DNA of 64,000 nt from an uncultured bacterium (GTDB taxonomy: Bacteria; Patescibacteriota; Microgenomatia; Levybacterales; UBA12049), in the NCBI GenBank assembly GCA_963826535.1, contig CAWGXL010000011.1, forward strand, positions 256,809 to 320,808. Direction: 5' to 3'. Below are positions 46,204 to 56,304 of the stretch, in pieces; position 1 is the stretch's first letter, and each line of letters begins with the position of its first letter. Under the pieces are notes generated by a model, which had not been told where the DNA came from, did not search any database, and saw nothing but the letters and a program-made list of their open reading frames with translations. Position numbers and translations under genes: made by a program.

Positions 46204-48633
46204 TTAACATTCAGAATAACCGCAGCCGTAGCATTTTTTGCATCCTTCTTCGTAGGCTAATGTTCCGGAGCCGCATTCGGGGCAGATATCAAAAAGGCTG
46301 GTATTGGAAGAACTAAGGCTCATGTTTGCTGTTGCATTAGGCAGGGGTAGTTGATTGCCATTTGTTGGGCGGCCATTGGCTTGTCCGTTGGCTTGTCCGT
46401 TTGAAATATTGTTGACTTTTTCCACGGCTGCAATATTCTTATCTTCGACTTTGCCGTTAACGCGAAAATTGAAGTGTTTGGCAAGAACTTTTGAAATCGC
46501 ATCAGGGAGGGAGCGGACCCTGTTCTCGCCAAAGCCAATGCTTCTTGATCCACCAATACCTGCCAGTTCGGATACAATTTCCCTGACCCGTTCGCGTGGG
46601 GGAACTGGACTATAAATGCGGAGAACAAAGGAGATCATGCGGCCAATTGCGTCTGCCAGGGCCATGAGGTCAGAGCCGCTTTTGCCGTTATTGATAAACA
46701 CTTCAAACGGCTCATCTTTTTCGTTTTGATTTATGGTGATATACGTTTTGCCGCTTGGGCTGTCACTTTTGTAAGTCACGCCTGTAAGTACAAGCGGTCG
46801 AGGCATGCGTGAGGTGAGAGGAATGACCGGTTTCCCTGCCTGTCCGGCAGACAGATCTTCCTTTTTCGTTTCTTTCTTATCTTCTATCCTCTCCAAAACG
46901 CCTTGACGGGAACCATCACGCATATAGGTCACACCCTTAAGCCCCATATCATAAGCTGCCATATATAATGTTTTTACATCTTCAACTGTATGAGAATTTG
47001 GCGCATTCACTGTCTTGGAAATTGATGCATCGATGTATTCCTGGGCAACTGCCTGTACCCTCGCATGTTCTAAAGGCAGCAGGTCATTGGCGCTGACAAA
47101 ATATCCCGGTTTTTCATCCTTGGGATGTTCCTTAAGCCACTCTTCATAAAGCGGATGGTACATAATATCTTCTCCCCCTCTCCATCTGCGTTTAAAGGTA
47201 AATTCGTAGACCGGCTCAATGCCTGAGGTAACGCCGGCAACAAGTGAAGTAGTGCCTGTTGGCGCAATTGTCAGAAGTACTGCATTGCGGATACCTTGCT
47301 TTTCTATTTTTTCCCGGGTTTTTTTAGGTAATGCTTTTACGTGATATGCCTGCATATATTTCACTTTATCAAATTTAGGAAACGCGCCTTTTTCTTTGGC
47401 CAAATCAGCAGATGCCTCATAGGTATTATCACGAAGTGTTTTGAAGATTTTCTCAATAACAGGCATAGCTTCTTCACCCCCGTAACGGACATTCATTTTT
47501 ATTAATGCATCTCCAAGCCCCATAATGCCAAGCCCGGTTCTTCGTATTTCTTTAGCGTTTTTCTCGTTTTCAGGGAAGAAATAATAGGTTTGATCGATGA
47601 CATTATCAAGGAGTCTTAGGGCTACTTGCACGTCATTCCCAAAACTCTCGAAGTCAAATTTTCCGGCTTTCTCCGGCGAATAATCTTTGACATAAGCAGA
47701 CAAGTTCATTGCACCAAGATTACATACAGCCCAAGCCCCAAGCGGTTGTTCACCACAGGGGTTGGTCGCAATCAGACGCTCAAAATAAAAAGTGTTCGAG
47801 CGTTTATTGCTTCGCTCCAGGAAATGGAGTCCGGGTTCGGCGGAGCGCCAGGCGGCTGTGCAAATAAGATCCCAAAGATAGCGGGCTTTCACAGTTTTAT
47901 AAACGTTGACTTTGCCGCCTTTTTCCTTCCACTTATCCAGTTCGCCGTCCCAGTCTTTATCATACTTTTGATCATCAAGGTCAGGATAAACTAAATCCCA
48001 ATCTTTATCTAGTTTGACGGCTTCCATAAATGCATCGGAGATGCAGACCGATAAATTCGCGCCGTTAATTTTGGTGAGGTCTTGTTTTACGGTAATAAAT
48101 TCTTCTATATCAGGATGCCAATCCCAGAGCATCAACATTGTTGCCCCGCGCCGGGAACCGCCTTGCTGGACAATATCATGAGTAGCGACTGAAAATAACG
48201 TTGCCCAATTCACCGGACCTGAGGACGTACCGTTGACTTTTTTTACCCTAGCGCCTTTGGGCCGAAGAGAGGAAAGATTAAGTCCCACGCCACCAGAACG
48301 AGCCTGGATCTCAACAAGTTGGCCGAGAGCTTCTAAAATGCCGTGGCGGGAATCTTTGGGTGAGGGGATAACAAAACAGTTAAAGTAAGTCACCTGATAG
48401 CCGGTACCGGCGCCTGACAGAATACGTCCAGCAGGCACAAATTTGAAGTCTTCCATGGCTGCGTAGAATTTATCTTCCCATTTTTTGCGAAGTGCAGGTT
48501 TTTCGACTTGGGCAATGCCATGCGCAACTCTTCTCCACATTTCTTCTGGAGTTTGCTCTGTAGGCTTCCCTTTCTCGTCTTTAAACGAGTAGCGATCTAA
48601 AAACACTTGTTGTCTTATTCCTTCAAGCTTCAT
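46204..48633 (-). CDS. nrdJ: class II (B12-dependent) ribonucleotide reductase with TSCPD domain and C-terminal zinc ribbon
   Basis: FNCFV, QQGGSRRGA, TNPCGEQPL, AVCNLG, TIAPTGT, RDGSR, CPECG..EGC..C..CGYSEC. Confidence 0.93.
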   Translation of the reverse strand: MKLEGIRQQVFLDRYSFKDEKGKPTEQTPEEMWRRVAHGIAQVEKPALRKKWEDKFYAAMEDFKFVPAGRILSGAGTGYQVTYFNCFVIPSPKDSRHGILEALGQLVEIQARSGGVGLNLSSLRPKGARVKKVNGTSSGPVNWATLFSVATHDIVQQGGSRRGATMLMLWDWHPDIEEFITVKQDLTKINGANLSVCISDAFMEAVKLDKDWDLVYPDLDDQKYDKDWDGELDKWKEKGGKVNVYKTVKARYLWDLICTAAWRSAEPGLHFLERSNKRSNTFYFERLIATNPCGEQPLGAWAVCNLGAMNLSAYVKDYSPEKAGKFDFESFGNDVQVALRLLDNVIDQTYYFFPENEKNAKEIRRTGLGIMGLGDALIKMNVRYGGEEAMPVIEKIFKTLRDNTYEASADLAKEKGAFPKFDKVKYMQAYHVKALPKKTREKIEKQGIRNAVLLTIAPTGTTSLVAGVTSGIEPVYEFTFKRRWRGGEDIMYHPLYEEWLKEHPKDEKPGYFVSANDLLPLEHARVQAVAQEYIDASISKTVNAPNSHTVEDVKTLYMAAYDMGLKGVTYMRDGSRQGVLERIEDKKETKKEDLSAGQAGKPVIPLTSRMPRPLVLTGVTYKSDSPSGKTYITINQNEKDEPFEVFINNGKSGSDLMALADAIGRMISFVLRIYSPVPPRERVREIVSELAGIGGSRSIGFGENRVRSLPDAISKVLAKHFNFRVNGKVEDKNIAAVEKVNNISNGQANGQANGRPTNGNQLPLPNATANMSLSSSNTSLFDICPECGSGTLAYEEGCKKCYGCGYSEC

Positions 48634-49093
48634 AGGCGTGTTTGGTTGTTATAAGTTTTTTTACTTCTTTTTCGAAATCTTCTACATCTACAAAACGTCT
48701 GAAAACACTTGCAAACCGGATATAGGCTACTTTGTCAATCTGTTTTAATTTTGTCGCCACCATTTCTCCAATGTGTCTACTTTCTATTTCAATTGAATCC
48801 AATCCTCTTAATTCACGTGTAATGTCAATGACTATTTTTTCTATTAAAGATGCGGGAATTACTGTCTTCTCGCATGCTTTAAAGAGTCCTGTTTTTAATT
48901 TATCGCGGCTGAATTGCTCGCGTCTTCTGTCTCTCTTGATGACAGTTAAAGGAATATTTTCTACTCTCTCATAAGTTGTAAACCGCTTATTACAATCCAG
49001 ACAGGACCTTCTCCGCCTGATGGTGTCCATATCGTCGCTGTCTCTGGTTTCAACTACTTCTGATCCTTTGTTTCCGCAAAATGGACAATGCAT
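48623..49093 (-). CDS. nrdR: transcriptional repressor NrdR
   Basis: MHCPFCG, RRRRSCLDC..RFTTYE, ATP cone, VAYIRFASV. Confidence 0.97.
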   Translation of the reverse strand: MHCPFCGNKGSEVVETRDSDDMDTIRRRRSCLDCNKRFTTYERVENIPLTVIKRDRRREQFSRDKLKTGLFKACEKTVIPASLIEKIVIDITRELRGLDSIEIESRHIGEMVATKLKQIDKVAYIRFASVFRRFVDVEDFEKEVKKLITTKHAYEA

Positions 49094-49099
49094 ATAATA

Positions 49100-49173
49100 G
49101 CTATCAGCTTTCGGCTATTAGCTTTTAGACTTTTGATTTTTTGTCTGACAGCAGAATGCTAACAGCTAAAAGC
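49100..49173. repeat. inverted array of degenerate 7-mers in the nrdR leader
   Basis: gctatca gctttcg gctatta gctttta ... tctgaca gcagaat gctaaca gctaaaa gc. Confidence 0.7.
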
Positions 49174-49184
49174 AAATATTCCCG

Positions 49185-49232
49185 CCTGTTATCTAGTGCC
49201 TTAACTAGGATAGATCACCATATACGTAGTGT
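49185..49232 (-). promoter_or_regulatory. NrdR boxes
   Basis: acactacgtatatggtg (49216-49232) fits the NrdR consensus and overlaps the TTGACA promoter; weaker second box at 49185-49198. Confidence 0.7.
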
Positions 49233-49582
49233 CAACTGTGAAAATCTATATCAAATCTTGTCAGCAATTTTTTTTAATCTCAAATTTTATTTTTTGTTAT
49301 ATTTTTCTTACAATATCTGTGAAGCAGTAATAAAAACTCGATGCAGATTAGAATTTTGGTTTAAACAATAAGACATTTTAGCATGCCTACTCTATATTTA
49401 GCAAATATTTCGTTGACTTGTACATAGCCAACGCTCGCTCACTTAACGGGAAAGATCGTAGGATTTTGTTACCGGGAAGAAGGAGGTGGGGTATTTCTCG
49501 TATTTTTTTACTAAATCATCCACGGTACCATTATCTAATAGTTCTCCTATGGCAACATTTATCATTGATTCGAAACCGCTTT

Positions 49583-49918
49583 GATTATTTGGTTTTTGCT
49601 GACGATGAATAATGGTTTAAGTTAGACCGCGATTATTTTCAAGATTTTATTGAAAGACGAGCTAAATTAAATATTCATATTCGCTCCATACTGCAAGACA
49701 CTCCTCAGGGGCAAAGACATAAAAAGTTTGAGCGAAATTATAATGAAAATATTAAGATTCTGCCAAAAGATACGACACTTACGACAAATCTGGTTATTAT
49801 TCCCAGACGCGTTGTGATACAACAGTTGACTCCCCCGGTAAACGCGATTGTAATTGAGACCAAAAGTGTTATAAAAATGCACCGAGAGTTATTTGAAATT
49901 GTTTGGAGATCAATTTAG
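49583..49918 (+). pseudogene. C-terminal remnant of a TrmB-like regulator
   Basis: DYLVFADDE*WFKLDRDYFQDFIERRAKLNI...AIVIE...HRELFEIVW; internal TAA at 49610-49612, no HTH. Confidence 0.7.
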
Positions 49919-49984
49919 TTTTTTTTAAACTCAAATTTTATTATTTGTTATAATTTTCTTACACTTTATTAATCTCAGCTTTGG

Positions 49985-51209
49985 TTAAGAAATGGTTGAG
50001 GTGTGATTAGAAAGCATCTTTTTGATCTCCTGATACCTTTTTTTTCTATCTTCTGGTGCGTCTGCGAAATTTTCATGAAAATCGGCCACATCTATAGGCT
50101 GCATGCCTTCATAGTCTTTAACTTGTATATTTGCTTTGCGCTCAAGTAATAGGTTGACAATCTCTGGCTCGCAAAGTGCAACTGCATTATGTAAATAAGG
50201 CATTGGATCATTAAAATATTCAGGGACGAAATTATTAGGATCAAATCTCGGGTCAGCTATGATCATGCGCGCAATTTTCCTATAATCATCTATCGAGGGT
50301 AGTTTTTGTTGTATGTCTGGTGGAAAGACTTGTACATAACCAATTTTATCTAAGACAAGATCTAATGCCGAGTATTTCTTATTTGGGTGTCGCTTGTTCG
50401 GATCCTGTTTTGGATGACGGAGAATTAAATCTACCCGATCGGGATATCCCTCTTCGGCTGCGCCCATTAGAGCGTTTCGATTCCGAATTTCTAGCGGATC
50501 TAGATCGTGACTGAATATTAAATTTGGATCATTCTGCAAATCCAGAAATATTTTCAAGATTTCGAGAGCAGATTGTTGATTTTTTGCCTTTGACGTAGCT
50601 GCCATACTGTATAGCCTATTCCAAATTTTCTCACCTTTTTCACTTTGTTGATGAAAGTTCACAAGAAGGTTTACGGATGCGACATTACCGGCCATTATTG
50701 CCAAGTCTATTGGTAGATGTCCATGAACATCAAAACCCATTCGACTAACTCCGTGATTGAGCAGAAGCTGGACTTTTTCTGATGCGTCACTACCCTCTAG
50801 ACATGCAGCTTCATGCATAAAAGTCCTAAACGGCGCTGGGTTAGTGCCGCCATGCTTCATTAGTTGTTCACGCCCGCCAGTAGGAACATTTGCCAAAATA
50901 AGAGCCATATCCCTATTAGAAGGATTTAAGGGGTCGAAGTCGTCTGGGTAGATTAATTATGGTTGCCGGATCGGAAATATTAACCCTTATTTTATTCACC
51001 CGAATAGTGTCTAGCAGAGACGATACTTCTTCAGCACGGCCATCTTTAAGCGCTGTTATAAGAGAGTTGTTAAGCAATTTTGATTTCCCGAAATCACTAA
51101 GACCTTCGTTTAATCGTTTTGCTACACTCTGCAGCAAAGGACTAGGTTTTTCTTTAGATTTTGCCGACTCCCATGTATTGACAGTATAATTTACCTTTTG
51201 TTCATTCAT
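49985..51209 (-). pseudogene. ankyrin-repeat protein split by a +1 frameshift (or sequencing error)
   Basis: GHLPIDLA, NALMGAA, YLHNAV..EIVNLLL..GMQPID; removing one base from the run at 50946-50948 joins the two ORFs (NLPDDFDPLNPSNRDMAL). Confidence 0.7.
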
Positions 51210-51322
51210 GATTCTCTATAGTATAGGTGTACTATAGGGTAAAAGCTTGGGCTTGTCAAGTTTAATTAGTCTTAAATAGATAGGGAAAATTTTCTTTATT
51301 TTTTATCCCCCAAGGAGACTAA

Positions 51323-51916
51323 CTACTTCGTAGGGGCGTACCCGATGGCTTTCAGGACTGCCTGGGTGCTTTCGCTGGCATTCAGAGAGTAGGTGTTGAT
51401 TGTCAGGTCATAATATTTTTTATCCCAATAGACCCAATTGACATCATTGTTGGCATAAAGGCGGCGCCATTTCTCAAGATTTTGCCGCTCACGTTCTAAA
51501 ACTTCTTCTTTGGCGTTTTCGACTTTTTTTCCGTCGCGATTTACTAATCTGTCTATTCGGATATCTACTTTATCAACTCCCTCAACGTCTTCGCAAACAA
51601 CTAAGATTTTAAAAATTCCTTTAATTCCTTGCGCGTCAAAGCCCGCGAGGTGACTTTGGATAATTTGATGGGATTTATTTTTCAGGATTTTTTTTATTTT
51701 TTCTTCATATTCAAGATCAAAGTGGTCAGGGCGAGTATTTGTTTGGACAATATCTAAACCCCTTTCAGTTGAAAATTGCCTGAAAAGTTTTCCGCCGTTG
51801 AGGAATTCCCAACCAAGGGCCCCGCTTAGGTGGCTGGCCAGTGTTGAGGTGCCGGAGGCAATTCTGCCGGAGATGGTGATATTTTGAATACCGGGTAGAT
51901 CAATAGGTTTATCCAT
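51323..51916 (-). CDS. cmk: cytidylate kinase-like P-loop kinase
   Basis: ITISGRIASGTSTLA, GKLFR, SHLAG, YDLTINT. Confidence 0.8.
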   Translation of the reverse strand: MDKPIDLPGIQNITISGRIASGTSTLASHLSGALGWEFLNGGKLFRQFSTERGLDIVQTNTRPDHFDLEYEEKIKKILKNKSHQIIQSHLAGFDAQGIKGIFKILVVCEDVEGVDKVDIRIDRLVNRDGKKVENAKEEVLERERQNLEKWRRLYANNDVNWVYWDKKYYDLTINTYSLNASESTQAVLKAIGYAPTK

Positions 51917-51929
51917 AAAAATTCAAAAG

Positions 51930-53003
51930 TCAAGAGGGGTTGGTATTAACATTTGTTCCGGAAACTTTCTGCCCTACCATAATTGCACTTTCAACCAGGC
52001 GGTTGGCATATCCGTATTCATTGTCATACCAGGCAATGACTTTGGCCATGTTGCCGCCGACAACTTGGGTCAAGGAAAGGTCAACGATGCTTGAATGCGA
52101 ATTGCCAATTATATCACTTGAGACGAGGGGGTCTTCGGTGACGGAGAGTATGCCTTTAAAAGTAGGATTAACTGAGGCATTTTTTAATACATCATTTATT
52201 TCTTCTTTGGTTGTGTTGCGCTTGAGTAAAAAGGTGAAGTCTGAAAGGGACCCAACGGGGACGGGGACGCGGATTGCAAGACCGACAAAAATCCCTGAAA
52301 GAGCAGGAAGAGCTTCTGCGGCGGCAATTGTTGCTCCTGTTGAGGTTGGAATAATATTGAGGGAGGCGGCTCTGGCACGGCGGTAGTCTTTGTGTCCCCC
52401 ATCCTGTATGCGTTGGTCAGAGGTAAAGCCATGAATTGTAGTCATCATGGCTTTTTCAATACCAAAATTTTCCTGCATAATTTTGGCAACCGGGGCTATG
52501 CAATTTGTTGTGCAGGAGGCATTGTTTAGTATTTTTTCGCCGGAGTATTTTTCATCATTTACTGAAATAACATAGGTGGGTACTCCCCCACCTTTACCAG
52601 GCGCTGAAAGAATAACTGATTTTGCGCCGGCATTTATATGGAGTTGTAGTTTGTCGGCACTAGTGAAGGCGCCTGTTGATTCAATGATGACATCTACATT
52701 GAGGTCTTTCCAGGGAAGTTTAGTAGGATCTTTTTGGGAGTAGACAGGTATTTCTTTGCCTGAAACTAATAGATAACCAATAAGATCCGGTTTGTTTGGA
52801 TCAGTATTGGGCTTGACTGAGACCTCATGGGGAAGCAGGCCATAGACGCTGTCATATTTTAGGAGATACATCCAGCCTTTGATATCAGTTGAGGAGCCGG
52901 CGTTTATTGCTACTACATCTATTTCATCGGTGTGCCATTGGATAATTACCCGATGAGCGACTCTTCCGATTCTTCCATAGCCGTTGATGGCAGCGCGTAT
53001 CAT
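51930..53003 (-). CDS. gap: type I glyceraldehyde-3-phosphate dehydrogenase
   Basis: AINGYGRIGR, NASCTTNC, NIIPTSTGA, WYDNEYGY. Confidence 0.98.
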   Translation of the reverse strand: MIRAAINGYGRIGRVAHRVIIQWHTDEIDVVAINAGSSTDIKGWMYLLKYDSVYGLLPHEVSVKPNTDPNKPDLIGYLLVSGKEIPVYSQKDPTKLPWKDLNVDVIIESTGAFTSADKLQLHINAGAKSVILSAPGKGGGVPTYVISVNDEKYSGEKILNNASCTTNCIAPVAKIMQENFGIEKAMMTTIHGFTSDQRIQDGGHKDYRRARAASLNIIPTSTGATIAAAEALPALSGIFVGLAIRVPVPVGSLSDFTFLLKRNTTKEEINDVLKNASVNPTFKGILSVTEDPLVSSDIIGNSHSSIVDLSLTQVVGGNMAKVIAWYDNEYGYANRLVESAIMVGQKVSGTNVNTNPS

Positions 53004-53047
53004 AATTATATTAGTATATACTTGATTTTTGGCGATGACAAGAGGAA

Positions 53048-53291
53048 TTAATGGAAATCTCCAACAACGAGAATGAAATAGTTTTGCTCATCAAGTTTTA
53101 CTAGTCGCGCTCGGTATTGGTCGTTAATCCTGAAAGCGTAAAAACCTTTGTTTGTACCTTTGAGTTGTTTAAAATCTAATGAGGGGATGGAAGGGGTTGG
53201 AAAGAAATAATTTTTTTTGTTTTTCAAATTGTTTGGCGAGTCCCAGTTTTTTAAGCTGTTTACTTGCTTTTTTGGATATCTGTACCAGCAT
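53048..53291 (-). pseudogene. RelE/HigB-like toxin with +1 frameshift
   Basis: Manual: MLVQISKKASKQLKK...NPFHP / SLDFKQLKG...FYAFRINDQYRA; extra base in the run at 53183-53186. Confidence 0.75.
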
Positions 53292-53568
53292 ATTGCGGAA
53301 GTTCGGTCATTGCTTCTATCATATCTTTAACCTCTGCTTCAGTATATCCAGCTTCTAAAAATGAAGCTTTGACTTCATCGAGTGGTTTAAAATCAAATTG
53401 GTCAATGGTCTTGTGTCGTTGTGAAGCTGACCCCATCGGCAGAATCATAGCTACCGGCTCACTATCTTGTTTTAGGATACGTGGCTTTTTGGTGTGCTTC
53501 ATTTCTTCCACAATACGTACAAGGTCGGGAAAATTGCTAATATCAATTGGCGTCAAGTGTCTGCTCAT
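53260..53568 (-). CDS. putative antitoxin (Phd-like N-terminus)
   Basis: LVRIVEEMKHTKKPRILKQDSEPVAMILP; overlaps the toxin start. Confidence 0.7.
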   Translation of the reverse strand: MSRHLTPIDISNFPDLVRIVEEMKHTKKPRILKQDSEPVAMILPMGSASQRHKTIDQFDFKPLDEVKASFLEAGYTEAEVKDMIEAMTELPQYAGTDIQKSK

Positions 53569-53594
53569 AGTAGGAGGATTATATTATACAATGT

Positions 53595-54632
53595 TCAATA
53601 TTTTCTGATATTCATATTTAAGTCAGCAATATGATTTACATATTTTATAAATCCAATTGCATTATCGGCGGGGGAGCGATCTAACGATTGAGATACGCAG
53701 GTTATATCATCTCCACACTTAGATAGTGCTTCAACTAATTGTTTTAGATGGGTGTATGCGAGAGCTGCGCCATAGGGAGATGACACATTGTATTTTTTTA
53801 GTTTATTTTGAAAATCCGGCGATATATCTTTGAATCCAAATGTCCACGCGCCTTCTAACTCTGATTTATAGTTTTTAAGAACATTATTTGTAATAGAATC
53901 ATCGACAGTACCGTAACGGAGATCGTATTTTAAATTCTTTATCACCTTGAGCGTATTGGCGGTATCGCCTTCAAATCCAACGTTAATGACTGCCTGAGCT
54001 CCTTGCGAATTTAACTTAAGAAGTTGAGTGCGAAAATCGGTATCACCTAAATTATAACCTTCTGAGATCATGTTATTGCCGTAAACTTCAACGACTCCAT
54101 TTTGGCAGATTTCACCAAATTCAAGATTTACCTTAAGTACACCAATTTTTACGGCTCCTTCATCTTTAAATTTTTGAGCAATACTTCTACATCCTTCTCT
54201 GTAATTTAGGTAGGTTTTGTAGAATAATAAATTATCTTTAAGAGGCGATACAGCTGCTGCTTCATAGATAAACGGAATGTGTTTATCTTTTAAGTACGAC
54301 CCAACAGCAATCGCGCCCGGGTTAAACTCTGCATAAATAGCATCTACTTTATCGGAATTAATAAGCTTTTGAGCTGCATTTGCCGCTAATGCGGCATTTA
54401 GACCATAATCTTCAAAAATGAATTCTACAGTTTTATCTTGTGAAGCTAATTCATTTTTAAGTATAAGAGCGCCAGCACGGGTTGATTCCCCCCAATAGGC
54501 TGCGGGGCCGGTAAGATCAGTAATAATACCTATCTTAATTGCGCCATTGTCGCTTGTATGTTGTAAATTAACTATTGCTACTATAACCAGGGCGATAATA
54601 ACAATGGCTACCCAAATAAATTTTTTATTCAT
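53595..54632 (-). CDS. LivK-like ABC substrate-binding protein 1
   Basis: N-terminal TM, IKIGIITDLTGPAAYWG, EDY, DFRTQLLKL. Confidence 0.88.
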   Translation of the reverse strand: MNKKFIWVAIVIIALVIVAIVNLQHTSDNGAIKIGIITDLTGPAAYWGESTRAGALILKNELASQDKTVEFIFEDYGLNAALAANAAQKLINSDKVDAIYAEFNPGAIAVGSYLKDKHIPFIYEAAAVSPLKDNLLFYKTYLNYREGCRSIAQKFKDEGAVKIGVLKVNLEFGEICQNGVVEVYGNNMISEGYNLGDTDFRTQLLKLNSQGAQAVINVGFEGDTANTLKVIKNLKYDLRYGTVDDSITNNVLKNYKSELEGAWTFGFKDISPDFQNKLKKYNVSSPYGAALAYTHLKQLVEALSKCGDDITCVSQSLDRSPADNAIGFIKYVNHIADLNMNIRKY

Positions 54633-54713
54633 AGTTGTTTGATATTTAAATACTTATAGGTTATACTACAAATATTGCGAGTGGCAAATACTACCACAGA
54701 GCAATAAAGATAT

Positions 54714-55463
54714 ATGTTTACTCATCAGTTAATGAGCTTGGGGATGGCAAAGAATGAAGCGCAGATATATGAGACTTTAATTGAACATGGGGAACTCTCT
54801 GTGGCTGAAATTTCAAAAAGATCCAAAATTCACAGAAGAAATGTTTATGATTGCTTGAACCGATTACTTGAGAAAGGCTTTGTTTTGGTAATACTTGCTC
54901 AAAAAGAAAATCACTACAAAGCAGTGAATCCCCAAAAACTTACCGAAGTTCTTGAAGAAAAAAGGACAATTCTTAAAAAACTTATGCCTGATTTACAAGA
55001 ATTATGGGAAAGCAAGCCTCATCGAGAAGAGGTATTCATACTAAAGGGGGTCGAGGGTTATAAAAATTATATGAAGGAGATTATAAAGACAAATGAAGAT
55101 TTATTTACAATTGGCGGCGGCGGGCAATGGGCAGATCCGAAGATTAGAATCTTTTTTGACAATTTCTTACAAGAAGCGTTAAAAAAAGGTATAAAAATGC
55201 ATATGCTTTATGAATATTATGTTAAAAAAGAAAAAAGGGAAATCTTGGGTCTGCTTGGTGAGAATTATAAATTTCTGGATGAGAAATATAGTACAGGGGC
55301 TGCTATTGATATATTTGGTGAATATGTGGTGGTTTTGACAAAAGGGGAAAAGGCCGCTATAGAGGATAGCACTATTACAGTTATTAGAAATAGAAAGATT
55401 GCTGATTCTTATAGAATTTGGTTTCAATTGATCTGGGATTCAACTGAATTTCCATCAAAGTAA
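54714..55463 (+). CDS. TrmB-family transcriptional regulator
   Basis: LGMAKNEAQIYETL...IHRRNVYDCLNRL...GVEG...YRIWFQLIW. Confidence 0.88.
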   Translation: MFTHQLMSLGMAKNEAQIYETLIEHGELSVAEISKRSKIHRRNVYDCLNRLLEKGFVLVILAQKENHYKAVNPQKLTEVLEEKRTILKKLMPDLQELWESKPHREEVFILKGVEGYKNYMKEIIKTNEDLFTIGGGGQWADPKIRIFFDNFLQEALKKGIKMHMLYEYYVKKEKREILGLLGENYKFLDEKYSTGAAIDIFGEYVVVLTKGEKAAIEDSTITVIRNRKIADSYRIWFQLIWDSTEFPSK

Positions 55464-55493
55464 TCTTCTGGGTTGTGGCGAGTTCTGGCCGAT

Positions 55494-55865
55494 CTATGCA
55501 GTTTGCTTCTTCGCTACTATCGCGCCAAGAGAACGAAAGCGTCCTCGGAAGTAATTAGAACCTTGCTTTATGAGTAGCGCGGTAAGCTTTGTATCGAGCA
55601 GCGTGCGCGGCCAAGTTTCGGGAATACCAATAATCCCAGGCGTATTTTTTCGCAATAAAGGACGAAAGTGTTTGACGTTGCGAGTAAGAATAATGCGTCC
55701 CTGTTTTATTGCCAACTCATGTATTGGCGGGTCATCCATTCCTCCATGATGCAGGTCGTGATTGATGTGTTTTACGTCAAAGCGTTGATTAAGGCGAGGT
55801 AGAAACTGACGGGGTGGTAAGTGCTCATCGAGTAACAATTTGTGTTTATAAAACGGTTTCGGCAT
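55494..55865 (-). CDS. DUF5615 PIN-like toxin
   Basis: KLLLDEHL...GMDD...IILTRNVKHF; start MPKP inferred. Confidence 0.85.
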   Translation of the reverse strand: MPKPFYKHKLLLDEHLPPRQFLPRLNQRFDVKHINHDLHHGGMDDPPIHELAIKQGRIILTRNVKHFRPLLRKNTPGIIGIPETWPRTLLDTKLTALLIKQGSNYFRGRFRSLGAIVAKKQTA

Positions 55866-56073
55866 GTGTGGGTTCTGCGCTGAGGTACTGTGTTGCTTCC
55901 TCGACTGCACCCCGAAGCGTGCTTGTAGACACATGCGGGAACCACTCGTTGTGTAATTCTTCAATAGTAAATCCATTAGCAAGCATATTAATTACCTGCG
56001 CAACTGTGATACGAGTGCCCTTAATCGTCAACTCCCCACCTACCCGCTCTTTGCGTGACTCAAGGTATTTCAT
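55846..56073 (-). CDS. DUF433 antitoxin
   Basis: GGELTIKGTRITV..VINMLANG. Confidence 0.85.
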   Translation of the reverse strand: MKYLESRKERVGGELTIKGTRITVAQVINMLANGFTIEELHNEWFPHVSTSTLRGAVEEATQYLSAEPTHAETVL

Positions 56074-56304
56074 AGTATGAGTATACTAACAAGCAGACCA
56101 TAAAAAGTCAATTCAGGGAGCTATGTTATAATTCTGTTAAAGATATGAATCAATTGACAAAACGGATAATTTACTAAGTTTGATTCCAAATAATCTCCAC
56201 GAGTTTCCGCTTAATTGTTTAATAAATTTAAATTAATTTTCTTATAGTAGATAGGGAAATGGAAGTGGTACAATATGTTGGGATTACTCTGCTATATAAT
56301 AATC

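Noticed and set aside
46376-46401. 12-bp tandem repeat in nrdJ (NGQANGQANG)
   Set aside because: Ordinary slippage in a disordered linker
49094-49580. Cobalamin riboswitch upstream of nrdR-nrdJ
   Set aside because: No recognisable B12-box; the region is explained by NrdR boxes and the heptamer repeat
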